Positions 18,040 through 27,818 of a DNA stretch of 64,000 nucleotides are shown here, piece after piece (position 1 is the stretch's first letter; the number at the start of each line of letters is the position of its first letter). Under the pieces are notes generated by a model. That model did not search any database, was not told where the DNA came from, and saw only the letters and a list, made by a program, of their open reading frames with translations. A program made the translations under genes and the position numbers. Origin of the DNA: Candidatus Omnitrophota bacterium (GTDB lineage Bacteria > Omnitrophota > Gorgyraeia > Zapsychrales > Zapsychraceae); assembly GCA_015232535.1 (NCBI GenBank), contig JADFZM010000001.1, forward strand, positions 35,263 through 99,262. Reading direction: 5' to 3'.

Positions 18040-19467
18040 TTATTGTATTTTTACCAGAATTTCGTCTGTTTTGCCGTTTCTTAATATTCTAACGTTTACC
18101 CCGTCTCCGCTTTTAAAGTGCGCGACTACATTCCTTATATCCTCGGCTGATTTAATTGGTACACCGGCTATAGCGACAACTATATCTCCCCTTTGTATCC
18201 CGGCGAAACTAGCCGGCGATTCGTCCAATACCCTATTTACCAAAACCCCTTTCCACGGAGATATTTTGAATTGCCGCGCGATTATCTCGTTTATAGGCAT
18301 AACTTCTAATCCGAAACGTACCGGAAGCGGCGCTCCGGGCGCGGGATTGGTTGTGGGCAAAGCCGCGGCCAGCATACCTTTTCTATCAACCGGAAGAGGG
18401 AAATTTCTTTTTAAAGCCTTTCCTAAGAAATCTTTGCAATCATTTATCGGAATAGCGAAACCTGTGCCGCTAAAAACACCGGTCGGAGCGTAAATTGCCG
18501 TATTAATGCCGATGACATCTCCGTTTAAGTCAACCAGCGGCCCACCCGATGAGCCGCGATTTATAGGAGCATCGGTTTGGAATAAATTTTGGTAACGGAT
18601 TCCTTCAATCAAGATCGATTTTCTTATCCCGCTAATGATACCGCTGGTGACGGTTTGCTCTATCCCGAAGGGGCTTCCAACGGCAACAACGTAATCGCCT
18701 ATTTGGCTGAAACTGGAATCGCCTAATTTTACCTCGGGGAACGGGCCGTCCGCTCTTAATTTTACGAGCGCTAAATCTAAATTCGGTTCCTCCGCTACGA
18801 TGTCTGCCCTTATATCGCGGGAGGGATTGCCAAAGACCGTAACTATAATATCGGTCGCGTCTTTTGTTACGTGATAATTAGTGAGCACGTAGCCGCGTTC
18901 ATCGATCACAATCCCTGCTCCGACATTTTCGTAACCTTTATTCTCGATGAATTTATCAATGGCACCGTCGAAGGGCGGAACAAATTGCATGTTTTGCGCA
19001 TCGGCAGGTTTCCTTATGTTCGTTCGAACAACCCTGATCGCGTGTATATCGCATACGGAAGGAATTATGGCGTTTACAGCATCTTTTAATGAATTTTGAA
19101 ACTTGCTATCGGTATTCGCGACTAACTGCATACCGCCGTTAGGAGTAGCTTTAGTTATTGCCGCGACTTTATAATTGGAAGACGGATTTTGATTTGGCTG
19201 ATAAGGAACACCTCCGTTAGGAAGAGCTTGGGTTATCGCCTGTGCCTGAGTATAGGCTGCTTGAGTGACCGGGGACGGAAATTGGGGCTCTCCTGCCTTT
19301 GGCATCTTGATTTTTGCCCTGGTATTTACAGTTTCGGTCTCAATTCCCTGGTTTATGTCTTCATGCCGCATTATTACCCAGAAAAGGAGCATAACCCCGA
19401 CTACGGCAAGCGCCGCAATCCAGGGCCCGAGAGGCTTTGTGCAAAATGAATCGTTAGGGTCTTCCAT
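18040..19467 (-). CDS. HtrA/DegP-family trypsin-like serine protease with C-terminal PDZ and N-terminal TM anchor (MamE-like)
   Basis: Intact catalytic triad: LTNYHV (His), DLALVKL (Asp), NRGSSGGPLVD (Ser); PDZ GIQRGDIVVAIAGVPI; no CxxCH in this polypeptide. Confidence 0.85.
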   Translation of the reverse strand: MEDPNDSFCTKPLGPWIAALAVVGVMLLFWVIMRHEDINQGIETETVNTRAKIKMPKAGEPQFPSPVTQAAYTQAQAITQALPNGGVPYQPNQNPSSNYKVAAITKATPNGGMQLVANTDSKFQNSLKDAVNAIIPSVCDIHAIRVVRTNIRKPADAQNMQFVPPFDGAIDKFIENKGYENVGAGIVIDERGYVLTNYHVTKDATDIIVTVFGNPSRDIRADIVAEEPNLDLALVKLRADGPFPEVKLGDSSFSQIGDYVVAVGSPFGIEQTVTSGIISGIRKSILIEGIRYQNLFQTDAPINRGSSGGPLVDLNGDVIGINTAIYAPTGVFSGTGFAIPINDCKDFLGKALKRNFPLPVDRKGMLAAALPTTNPAPGAPLPVRFGLEVMPINEIIARQFKISPWKGVLVNRVLDESPASFAGIQRGDIVVAIAGVPIKSAEDIRNVVAHFKSGDGVNVRILRNGKTDEILVKIQ

Positions 19468-19492
19468 TTTGGTAATGATTATCTCCTAATAA

Positions 19493-19714
19493 TTAAAAAG
19501 TAAACTTTCCTGCTTCAACCGGCATTTCAGCGCCTGGAACCGGATAGGCTATAGGTGTCGCTGATGTATGCGAAGTTGCTCTTTTGTGTTTCCTGCCTTG
19601 GCCGGGATTATTGCGAAATTCATAAAATATCGCGGTTGAAATAATCACGCACACGGTAAAAATTATCAAGAACCCAACCCAAGGGTTTAGGCATTTTTCC
19701 CTGTTGACTATCAT
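19493..19714 (-). CDS. Small single-TM protein with basic His/Arg/Lys tail
   Basis: WVGFLIIFTVCVIISTAIFY helix then GRKHKRATSHTSA; 73 aa. Confidence 0.35.
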   Translation of the reverse strand: MIVNREKCLNPWVGFLIIFTVCVIISTAIFYEFRNNPGQGRKHKRATSHTSATPIAYPVPGAEMPVEAGKFTF

Positions 19715-19729
19715 AGTAATTTCCCCGGA

Positions 19730-19900
19730 TTACTTCTTGTCTTTTAATAATTTTAACCCGGTGTTCAAGGCGATCAGTCCTCCGACCAGAAGGGCTAATG
19801 GTATGAAGCCTCTTAAAAAGTCGCCGAAATTATCCCACCATCCGATGATTCCCATTAATCCGAGTACCGCCGCTATTGCCCCACCGATAACATGTGCCAT
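19730..19900 (-). CDS. Unannotated 56 aa two-helix membrane protein, MamI-like (below the ORF-track cutoff)
   Basis: Translation MAHVIGGAIAAVLGLMGIIGWWDNFGDFLRGFIPLALLVGGLIALNTGLKLLKDKK; strong RBS AAAGGAG 7 nt upstream of the ATG (rev-comp of 19898-19900); stop TAA at 19730-19732. Confidence 0.5.
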   Translation of the reverse strand: MAHVIGGAIAAVLGLMGIIGWWDNFGDFLRGFIPLALLVGGLIALNTGLKLLKDKK

Positions 19901-19956
19901 TTCTACTCCTTTCGTTTAATATCAATGACTTTTGAAAACTTTTAAAATTTTTAAGA

Positions 19957-20265
19957 CTATCCGTTCTTAAAACGGACTCCGAAGCCGCCTCTGGGATTTT
20001 CCCATTTGATCGCGCCATCCGTACATATAACCCGACAACTTCCACATTCTAAACAATTTTCGTAGGCAACTTCTATTGTCCCATGATTCTCTTCGTATGA
20101 TTTGGCCGGGCACACAATAAGGCAAGCTTTGTGCTGGCATTTCTTGCATATTTTCTTATTTATCGTAATATGGCTTATCTTATCCTTTTTGTTTTTTACC
20201 AAAAAAAGCTTATCTTCAATGGATAATTTCTTGTTCTGCTTGTTTTCTTGTTCTAAGGTTTTCAT
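19957..20265 (-). CDS. fixX: FixX-type ferredoxin-like protein
   Basis: C-terminus [32 protein letters not shown] matches the FixX family. The start at MKTLEQ gives an ATGA overlap with the fixC stop; the ORF-track start at 20289 is also possible. Confidence 0.78.
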   Translation of the reverse strand: MKTLEQENKQNKKLSIEDKLFLVKNKKDKISHITINKKICKKCQHKACLIVCPAKSYEENHGTIEVAYENCLECGSCRVICTDGAIKWENPRGGFGVRFKNG

Positions 20266-21578
20266 ATTAAATTGCTCCATGCTCCCCACATTTCACGGGC
20301 TAAGCGGGTAAATTTCACGTTTTTCTTTACTTTCCTAAAAATCTCTTTCTTAACGGCGGTCTTAGGCTTCTCAGAAACCCGGAAATAATCGACTAAAATA
20401 TCGTTCATTAAAGTAGGATAATCATTGATCAGCGACTTATTTTTGTGCAGGAATGAGAGGAAGTTCTTGCAGTTCTTAATGTCTTGCAAGACAAAGCTAT
20501 CTTTGAGCTTTTCTTCGTAAAGGGATAAAGTTTGCGAAGAAAAATCGTTTTTACGGCGCGCCTCCATGATAGTATCGGCCGCATATATTCCGGAGGCCAT
20601 CGCTAAGTTTACTCCTTCATGGAAGAAAGATGTGTTGAGTAATCCGGCCGCATCCCCAATTACTAGAAGCCCGTCGCGATAAAGCTTTGGCAAAGAGTCA
20701 AATCCGTCGGAGGGTATCATATGCGCCATGTATTCGACAATTTCAGCGCCTTTCAATAAAGGAGCGATCGAAGGATGGGATTTAAAATCCTCCAAAATAT
20801 CATTGGGGTTTTTTCCGTTTCTGTTTTTTATAAAGTCGCTAAGCGAAAAACCGACTCCCACCGAAAGGCTGTCTTTATTCGTGTAAATAAAACCGTTTCC
20901 TAAAAGGCCTTGAACTGCTTCGCCGAAATATTCAAATGCCGCGCCCTGCCTTCCGGCCAGGCCGAAACGGTCTTCAATAACATTTTGGGGTAGGCGCATA
21001 TTTTCTTTAATCGCGATGGAGCGGCGTTCGGGGTCGATTTTCTTTCGAAGCTTGGCTTTTTCGGTGAGTATAGAATTCGCGCCTTCGGCACAGACAATCA
21101 TATCCGCCAAAAGATTATCTTCATCTCCCGAGCCGCTTGTTATACCGACAATCTTGCCTTTTTCGTAAAGAAAATCACTAACACAATAATCGGTTATGAT
21201 GCTTACTCCGGCCCCTTCGGCTTTTTTGGCCAGCCATCCGTCCATTGTTCCGCGCAAGGTAATAAAGGAGTGATTGTAAGGCTTCTCATTAAAGGCGCTG
21301 GGCATCATGTCAAAGGCTAATTCGCTTTTCCCGGCTAAAATAGAGAATTTTCTTTTTCCCACGAATCTTTCCCATGGGGCTTCATCAAAAAATTCCGGAA
21401 AGATTTTTTCCATGATGCTGGAAAAGAAAATGCCACCGAACATATTTTTAGCTCCGGGGTATTCTCCCCTTTCTATAACTACGACTTCCGCGCCTCTTTT
21501 GGCAAGGGAATAAGCGCAGGTAAGGCCCGCTGGCCCAGCCCCGACAATTATCACCTCAACTTTATCATTTTGGCTCAT
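20262..21578 (-). CDS. fixC: FixC-type FAD-dependent oxidoreductase (ETF-quinone oxidoreductase family)
   Basis: N-terminal FAD fold [32 protein letters not shown]; [28 protein letters not shown] ... VIGDAAG block typical of FixC. Confidence 0.85.
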   Translation of the reverse strand: MSQNDKVEVIIVGAGPAGLTCAYSLAKRGAEVVVIERGEYPGAKNMFGGIFFSSIMEKIFPEFFDEAPWERFVGKRKFSILAGKSELAFDMMPSAFNEKPYNHSFITLRGTMDGWLAKKAEGAGVSIITDYCVSDFLYEKGKIVGITSGSGDEDNLLADMIVCAEGANSILTEKAKLRKKIDPERRSIAIKENMRLPQNVIEDRFGLAGRQGAAFEYFGEAVQGLLGNGFIYTNKDSLSVGVGFSLSDFIKNRNGKNPNDILEDFKSHPSIAPLLKGAEIVEYMAHMIPSDGFDSLPKLYRDGLLVIGDAAGLLNTSFFHEGVNLAMASGIYAADTIMEARRKNDFSSQTLSLYEEKLKDSFVLQDIKNCKNFLSFLHKNKSLINDYPTLMNDILVDYFRVSEKPKTAVKKEIFRKVKKNVKFTRLAREMWGAWSNLI

Positions 21579-22150
21579 AACAAGAATTTATTTAAAGGTA
21601 CTTTAGCGATCCTGTTTTTTAATGAAGCAAAATATTTCCCCGATATAAACAATCCCTTCTTAAGTTTTCCTCCTAAGTCGGCGCTTTCATCTTTTAGAAT
21701 ATGGCTATCGGTTTTTATAATTGTATCTTGTTTAGCATTTTGTATTTCATGGTATTCTTTTGGAAAGTACACCTTAAGATAACCGCATTTTGGGCAGTCA
21801 ATACCGCACTCTACTTTAAGGCCCGCATACTCTCTTAAGCTCAAGAAACAACGGTTTATCTTTTCTTTATATACAAGGCAATCATTGCAATTGTGCTTAT
21901 TTGATCCAAGGCTCTCCTTTGCTTCCCAGCAAGGTATGATTTTAACCTGCGGCTTGATGTTGTTTTTGATGCGGTTCTTGAAACTTTTTTTACTAAGCAA
22001 AGATACTATGCTTTCTTTAGGGATCCTTTGATGCCCGCCAAGCGTGGAGACGGCTTTAATTTTCCCTTGTTTTATCCAGTGCAGAACGCTAAAGCGGCTG
22101 ACGTGAAGTATTTTAGAGGCCTGAGTGGTAGTAAGATATTCTGGCTGCAT
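21575..22150 (-). CDS. Excisionase/MerR-type HTH DNA-binding protein with Cys-rich C-terminal domain (putative metal/redox-responsive regulator)
   Basis: TTTQASKILHVSRFSVLHWIKQGKIKAVSTLGGHQRIPKESIV HTH; then CNDC ... CGIDCPKCG cysteine pairs; first gene after a 667 bp AT-rich leader. Confidence 0.6.
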   Translation of the reverse strand: MQPEYLTTTQASKILHVSRFSVLHWIKQGKIKAVSTLGGHQRIPKESIVSLLSKKSFKNRIKNNIKPQVKIIPCWEAKESLGSNKHNCNDCLVYKEKINRCFLSLREYAGLKVECGIDCPKCGYLKVYFPKEYHEIQNAKQDTIIKTDSHILKDESADLGGKLKKGLFISGKYFASLKNRIAKVPLNKFLL

Positions 22151-22817
22151 TAAATTTATATATAATTAGTTAAAATTGCGATAAATAAGATGCGTGAATT
22201 ATAACAACCATATAAAAATTTATCAAGAAATATTTTTCTCTTCAAAAACTTTTTAGTTGTTGAAATTGTTGATGTTAAGCGCCTAAAATAGGATTAAAAA
22301 TACGTCGGAGTGATGAAATTTTATCTAATGTTAAGCGGTTTATTCTAATTGTCGCATGTTTTTACGCGTTTCTATAAAAGGTAATATTTAGATATTAAAA
22401 ACCTATTTCTCATTAAAATTAGCTATCCTTATTTGTTCTAATTCGTTTATTCACTTAAATTGAGTAAAATTGAGAAGTTTTTAATTATTTTATTGAAGCA
22501 TAAAACAACTGAATTGGGAATACTGAAAAATTGGCTTTAAATGTAGTGTAACACTGTAGGAAGCGAAACAAAGCATAATATTTTCCTGTAGCAGATAGTT
22601 TGTACATGGTTATTAGATATGATAAGACAATGAGTGTAACTTAATAGAGTCATTCAAATGAAAGTTGGAACATGGCAAGAATATCTAGCTGTTGCTTATT
22701 CAAATGGCAGCGTCATATTAAATAAAGTAGTTTGAATATGTTGGTTTTCCGCATCTCAAGTATAATATAAATTGTTGAAATTGTTTAATCTTTGATATAT
22801 TTGTCGACGGAATTGAA
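22151..22817 (-). promoter_or_regulatory. Long AT-rich intergenic leader/promoter region carrying two copies of the ATTGTTGAAATTGTT-type motif
   Basis: 667 bp without credible ORF; motif copies at 22254-22278 and 22768-22790; TATAAT-like hexamers present. Confidence 0.4.
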
Positions 22818-25800
22818 TTAAGGGCAGTGTTTTCTGATAGAATCCCTGAGTTGCCTTAACTGGATGGGTTTAGCCAAGAGATCATTCATTCCTGAGTCAA
22901 AGCATTTTTGCTCGTCCATTCTTACTATTTCGGCCGTTAAGGCTATTATAGGCAAAGTTTTGTTGATATTATTACGGATAAATATAGTTGCTTCTATGCC
23001 ATCCATCTCCGGCATTTGAATATCCATAAAGCATATATCATAAGTCCCGGTCTTCACCTTTTCCACCGCTTCCCTGCCGTTAGTTGCATAATCCCCAATG
23101 CATTCCAAAGTATCTAGGTATGCCTTCATAAGCTCCTGATTTGTGATACTGTCATCCACAACAAGAACTTTCTTACCGGTGCAGGTTAGTTCATTCGCAA
23201 GATGCCGGGTAATAATTCCTTCATCTGTTCGCTTATCACCTAAAACAGTAGCGATAAGCTTTATTAGTTCATTTTCGATTATTGGTTTCGGCAAATAACC
23301 GTTAAATCCTGAGGATTTCGCGTCTTCGGCAGAGCCGATGCGCAAGTCAGATGTTAAAGCGATTATTTTTAAGCTATTAAATTGACCTAATTTTCTTATT
23401 TGTCTTGCCAGTTCGTAACCGTCATTGTCCGGCATCATAATATCGGTCAAAACCAAATCGATCTTAAATGGTTCATCTTTTATGGCATTGATAAAAGAAA
23501 TAGCATCCTCAACCGATGTTGCTGATTTAACAACTTCAATCCCGGCGTTTTGGCAATAAGTATTTACCAATTCCAGAGATTTTAAGTTATCATCAACAAT
23601 AACGGCTTTTTTCCCTTTAAGTTCTTTTATGCTAAGCGGCAAAATATCGTTATTAAATGATTCATCGGCTTGCTTAAAAGTCAATCTGATAAAGAATTCA
23701 CTGCCTTGTCCCAAGACAGATTCGGCCCAAACAGAGCCTCCCATTATTTTGACAAGCGAGCGCACAATGGCTAAGCCTAAACCGGTCCCTCCGAATTTAC
23801 GGGTGGTTGAAGTATCGGCTTGTTCAAAGGCATCAAATATCGTCTTTGTCTTGTCTTCAGGAATTCCTATCCCTGTATCTTTAACGCTTAATTTTAAAGT
23901 GATTTCGCCATTTTCTGTATTTCGGCTTTCTTCGCGAACGATAATGCCGACACTTCCGGCTTTTGTGAATTTAGCGGCATTAGTAAGAAGGTTTACAAAA
24001 ATCTGGCGTAATCTCGTAGGGTCGCCTTTAAGGAGGCAATTTAATTCTCGGGGAATATCAATATATGAGTCTAACAATTGTTCGCTCATTTTCGGTAATA
24101 TCAGGTGGAAAACATCTTTAATTAAGTAACGCAGGTCAAAATTAATGTTCTCCAGCTTTATCTTTTCCGATTCTATTTTGGAAAAGTTTAATATATCTTC
24201 GATTATGGCCAAAAGAAGTTCTCCTCCCGAGCGTATAGATTGGAGATAATGCCTTTGTTTTTCATCGATTGACGTCCTAGTCAAAAGGTCAGTAAAGCCG
24301 ATTATCGCGTTCATTGGGGTGCGGATTTCATGGCTCATATTTGCCAAGAATTCGGTCTTGGCTTTGGCTAATTTCTCGGACTTTTTGCTCGCCTCTTCAT
24401 ATTTGTCCCGGAGCGTTTCAGCTGTTTCCAGCGATTTCAGAAGATCATCATTTGCTTTCTTTAAAAGATTCTCCGATTTCTTTCTTTCCGATATATCACG
24501 TAAAATACCCACAGCCTGCCATTCCCCTGATAGGAATACCGAAGATAAGGAGAGGTCAACCGGTATTTCAGTGCCGTCTTTTTTAATGGCGGATAACTCA
24601 AGAGTTTTTCCTATGGCGAAACCTTTGCCGGAATTTTGCCATTGGGGAAAGGCCGCTTTATGCGCTTCATGAAATCGGGATGGAGATAATATTTCATGTA
24701 AAGGCTTGCCGATTATCTCATCTGGCTTATAACCTAAGATTTTTTCTCCGGCCGGATTCCAGAAGGAAACCAGGCCTTTATTATCCATCATTATAATCGC
24801 GTCTTGAGCTGAATCGGTTATAGAACGTATCCTCATCGAGCTTTCTTTTAACAGCTCTTCGTCTTTCTTCCTTTGGGTGATATTTTTTGCGATATGCACA
24901 GTCCCAATCACTTCTCCTTTGTCATCGAATATCGGAGAAACGTTTACTTCCAAAAACGCGTTTAATCTAGGTTCGAATATTTCCGAGGTGTTATGTGATT
25001 TATTTTCTAACGTTCTTACGTGCGGGCAAGCTGAATGTGGGTTTTCCAGCCCGTGAACTAAAACGTGGCATTTCTTGCCGATTACTTCTTTTGGCGTAAG
25101 ATTAAAGGCATCGGCATAAGCTTTGTTTACCCGTAGCAATCTGCATTCCTTATCCTGAATCGAAATCATATCCTGAATTGAGTTAAAGGTTTCTTCCCAT
25201 TCCCTGGATATTTTCTTAAGGCTTTTCTCCGCGAGCTGCCGGGAAGCGATTTCGGCATTTAAATTATTAATGGAGGTAACCGAATCTTTGAGGTCATTAG
25301 CCATTTTATTAAAAGCGCGGGATATTTGGCCAATCTCATCATTTGAATCGACTTTTATTTGATTGAAGAGCATTCCTGATGAGATTACCTCAATTCCCCG
25401 TTTTAGCTTTTGAAGTTGATTTGTAATTATTTTCCCCAAGAAAATACCGACGGCTAAAGCGGCAAAAGGTATAACCAAAAGGATCAAAAGTAAAATAAGC
25501 TGTATCTTTCTAAGCGGAGCAAAAGCTTCGCTTGTGTCGATCTCGGCTAAAAGGCACCATTTCATTTGCGTGTTCCACACATGGGTGCCTAAGGTCATGA
25601 CCCCGCGGTAATCTTCAGCAATAATTAGGCCTTCATGTTTATCATGAGAGTTTTTAAAAGTTGTTTCATGATCTTTATCCAAATCGGCCAAACATTGCCT
25701 AAAATTCGCGGTATTGACTTTTTGCTTTAGAAAAGCGCCTTTAATAAACCGCGAATTGCTTATCATGTAACCGTATTTATTTACTAAATAAGTTTCCCCC

Positions 25801-26405
25801 GTCTTGCCAAACCCGTATTCGTTTTTGAGTATGGTGTTAAGATAATCCATTTTGATTTCGGCTATAATAACCCCGAGCAACTCTCCGTCGGTACTATTCT
25901 TGATGGGGGCTGAAATAGCGATCATTGCCTCACGGATTCCCTCATGGGCATAGGGATGCTTTATGAAAGTCCCTTCCCGGGCCGCCAAAAAAGAGGAATC
26001 GGCTGAAATATCTTTGTTTAACATATTTTCGTCGGTTGAAAGGATAATTTTCCCGGTTGTGTCAGAAATATAGTAATCGTTTAAGTTGGTTATGGCATTG
26101 CGGTATTTTAAGAGGTCCTTTTGGGCGGTTATGAACATCTCTTGGCTTGATTGCGGGTCATTTTTGTATTTAAGGAGAAAGCCTTTTAATATTTCGTTTT
26201 CAGCTGACTGTATGACGCTTAAGCGAAGCATATCCAGATAAGATTTTACAGTTTGGTCTTTTGCGGCGACGGTATCTTTGAGGTGCTTTTTTACTTCATC
26301 TTTTAATGATCCTGTTACAATAACACATATGAAGGCAAGGGAGACGGTAGCCAGCACAAAGGCGGTGAAAAAGAAATATAGAGAGATCTTATTGGCTATT
26401 TTCAT
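22818..26405 (-). CDS. Hybrid sensor histidine kinase: periplasmic Cache-like sensor, HAMP, two PAS, HisKA, HATPase and two receiver domains
   Basis: TM-flanked N-terminal sensor; H-box FLANMSHEIRTPMNAI; G-boxes GTGLGLAI; receiver motifs TDIMMPDNDG and MDIQMPEMDG. Confidence 0.9.
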   Translation of the reverse strand: MKIANKISLYFFFTAFVLATVSLAFICVIVTGSLKDEVKKHLKDTVAAKDQTVKSYLDMLRLSVIQSAENEILKGFLLKYKNDPQSSQEMFITAQKDLLKYRNAITNLNDYYISDTTGKIILSTDENMLNKDISADSSFLAAREGTFIKHPYAHEGIREAMIAISAPIKNSTDGELLGVIIAEIKMDYLNTILKNEYGFGKTGETYLVNKYGYMISNSRFIKGAFLKQKVNTANFRQCLADLDKDHETTFKNSHDKHEGLIIAEDYRGVMTLGTHVWNTQMKWCLLAEIDTSEAFAPLRKIQLILLLILLVIPFAALAVGIFLGKIITNQLQKLKRGIEVISSGMLFNQIKVDSNDEIGQISRAFNKMANDLKDSVTSINNLNAEIASRQLAEKSLKKISREWEETFNSIQDMISIQDKECRLLRVNKAYADAFNLTPKEVIGKKCHVLVHGLENPHSACPHVRTLENKSHNTSEIFEPRLNAFLEVNVSPIFDDKGEVIGTVHIAKNITQRKKDEELLKESSMRIRSITDSAQDAIIMMDNKGLVSFWNPAGEKILGYKPDEIIGKPLHEILSPSRFHEAHKAAFPQWQNSGKGFAIGKTLELSAIKKDGTEIPVDLSLSSVFLSGEWQAVGILRDISERKKSENLLKKANDDLLKSLETAETLRDKYEEASKKSEKLAKAKTEFLANMSHEIRTPMNAIIGFTDLLTRTSIDEKQRHYLQSIRSGGELLLAIIEDILNFSKIESEKIKLENINFDLRYLIKDVFHLILPKMSEQLLDSYIDIPRELNCLLKGDPTRLRQIFVNLLTNAAKFTKAGSVGIIVREESRNTENGEITLKLSVKDTGIGIPEDKTKTIFDAFEQADTSTTRKFGGTGLGLAIVRSLVKIMGGSVWAESVLGQGSEFFIRLTFKQADESFNNDILPLSIKELKGKKAVIVDDNLKSLELVNTYCQNAGIEVVKSATSVEDAISFINAIKDEPFKIDLVLTDIMMPDNDGYELARQIRKLGQFNSLKIIALTSDLRIGSAEDAKSSGFNGYLPKPIIENELIKLIATVLGDKRTDEGIITRHLANELTCTGKKVLVVDDSITNQELMKAYLDTLECIGDYATNGREAVEKVKTGTYDICFMDIQMPEMDGIEATIFIRNNINKTLPIIALTAEIVRMDEQKCFDSGMNDLLAKPIQLRQLRDSIRKHCP

Positions 26406-26421
26406 TTTTACTTCTAATGAC

Positions 26422-27423
26422 CTAATTTTTGTAATAAAGAGAACGTAACAAGGAAGTGTTTATTGCCGTATCTGCCTTGGGAATAACGGGTATCCTTACG
26501 TTTTTATGTTTAATATCGCTAATAAAGTTAAATGCTTTTTCCCATTCCTTAAATTCCCGTTCCGAATTTTGATCTTCATAATTTAGCCATCTTAAGCCCA
26601 AAACTTGGGCCTGGTATTCTTCCGGCTTAAGGCCGTAATGCGGGGCGATTATCCGGGACGATTCAGCAGGGTTTTCTCGATAGTACTTTAATGATTTAAA
26701 CCAGCCGCGCATTAGCCTCATTGCAAGCTGAGGATTGTTTTTTATAATCTCGTTTCTAAAGCTTAATACGTCAATGATAACTCCGGGATTGTTTTTTGTG
26801 GTGACCAAAATGCGGCTCCCCTCTCTTTTTAAGCATAGAGAAAGGTTTGGCTCCCAGGTAACAACCGCATCCACTTCTTTTTCGGTAAATAGTTTTACAA
26901 TCTCTTCTGGCGATGTCGGAACACTGCTTATATCGTTTAGAGAAAGGCCATTTTCGTTGAAAACATAGGAAATAAACATCTCTCCAACATCATCCCGTAC
27001 AAGGCCGACTTTCTTACCTTTAAGGTCGAAGATGTTGTTGATGGTTCCATCGACAACGATACCGTCTGCGCCAAACGAATAATCAATTTCAAGCACCATG
27101 GTAATCGGTGTATCATAAGCCAATTTGGATACTAATAGATCTATAGTGCCGGCTTCGGCATCAAGCATCCCCTCTTTAAACGCTTCACGGCGCGCACTAT
27201 CCAGAGGTTCATCAACGATATTCAGGTCAATTCCCTCATCTTTAAAAATACCCAGTTCCTTCCCAAGGAAGAACGGCCCGTACCCGACCCATTTTTGAAA
27301 AGCTAAATTTACCATGTCGAGTTTCTTGGGAGGCGGATTATTATTGCAGCTCAAATTAAGAGACAAGAAAAACAATAAGACAGTTAGTACAATGAGAGGT
27401 TTTGAAAAGATATTTTTTATCAT
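26422..27423 (-). CDS. Periplasmic substrate-binding protein, NMT1/SsuA/TauA-like (ABC-type nitrate/sulfonate/bicarbonate family)
   Basis: Signal peptide then LAFQKWVGYGPFFLGKELGIF fold; 333 aa; immediately downstream of the hybrid kinase. Confidence 0.7.
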   Translation of the reverse strand: MIKNIFSKPLIVLTVLLFFLSLNLSCNNNPPPKKLDMVNLAFQKWVGYGPFFLGKELGIFKDEGIDLNIVDEPLDSARREAFKEGMLDAEAGTIDLLVSKLAYDTPITMVLEIDYSFGADGIVVDGTINNIFDLKGKKVGLVRDDVGEMFISYVFNENGLSLNDISSVPTSPEEIVKLFTEKEVDAVVTWEPNLSLCLKREGSRILVTTKNNPGVIIDVLSFRNEIIKNNPQLAMRLMRGWFKSLKYYRENPAESSRIIAPHYGLKPEEYQAQVLGLRWLNYEDQNSEREFKEWEKAFNFISDIKHKNVRIPVIPKADTAINTSLLRSLYYKN

Positions 27424-27434
27424 AGCTGTCCTGT

Positions 27435-27791
27435 TTATAAAGGTAATTCGGAAAAGTTTTTTGTTAACAAAGAAAAAAGCTCCTTTATTTCTTCAATCTT
27501 TTCTTGTTTTTTTGAAAGTTCATTTATTTGCATTGCCGGTTTGGAAATTGAGTCCAGGATCATATTGGCGAAGCTTCCCTTCATCCGGTGAGAGATAGTC
27601 TGAATTTTGGGGAAATCAACCTTGGCTATCGCTTCTTCTAAAGCCGAAATGTCTTTTTTTCCCTCGACGAGGCACAGCTTGGCTATTTTCAGGTAAGCTT
27701 GCGGAGGTATTTGAAGTTGGTTGCTATTTTTTATTACCAGCTGTTCATAATCATTTTTATTTGTGTAATTATTTTTTGTCTCATCGTTCAT
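27435..27791 (-). CDS. Histidine phosphotransfer (Hpt) domain protein
   Basis: ISHRMKGSFANM phospho-His motif in a 118 aa all-helical protein. Confidence 0.7.
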   Translation of the reverse strand: MNDETKNNYTNKNDYEQLVIKNSNQLQIPPQAYLKIAKLCLVEGKKDISALEEAIAKVDFPKIQTISHRMKGSFANMILDSISKPAMQINELSKKQEKIEEIKELFSLLTKNFSELPL

Positions 27792-27818
27792 CTTGAAATC
27801 CTTGTTAAATAATTAAAA

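Noticed and set aside
17771-18493. 240 aa plus-strand ORF, and other long plus-strand ORFs (e.g. 23629-24129, 12142-12462, 38329-38754)
   Set aside because: Each lies entirely antisense to a well-supported minus-strand gene (HtrA protease, kinase, hemA, feoB). They have no recognisable domains or RBS and are typical shadow ORFs.
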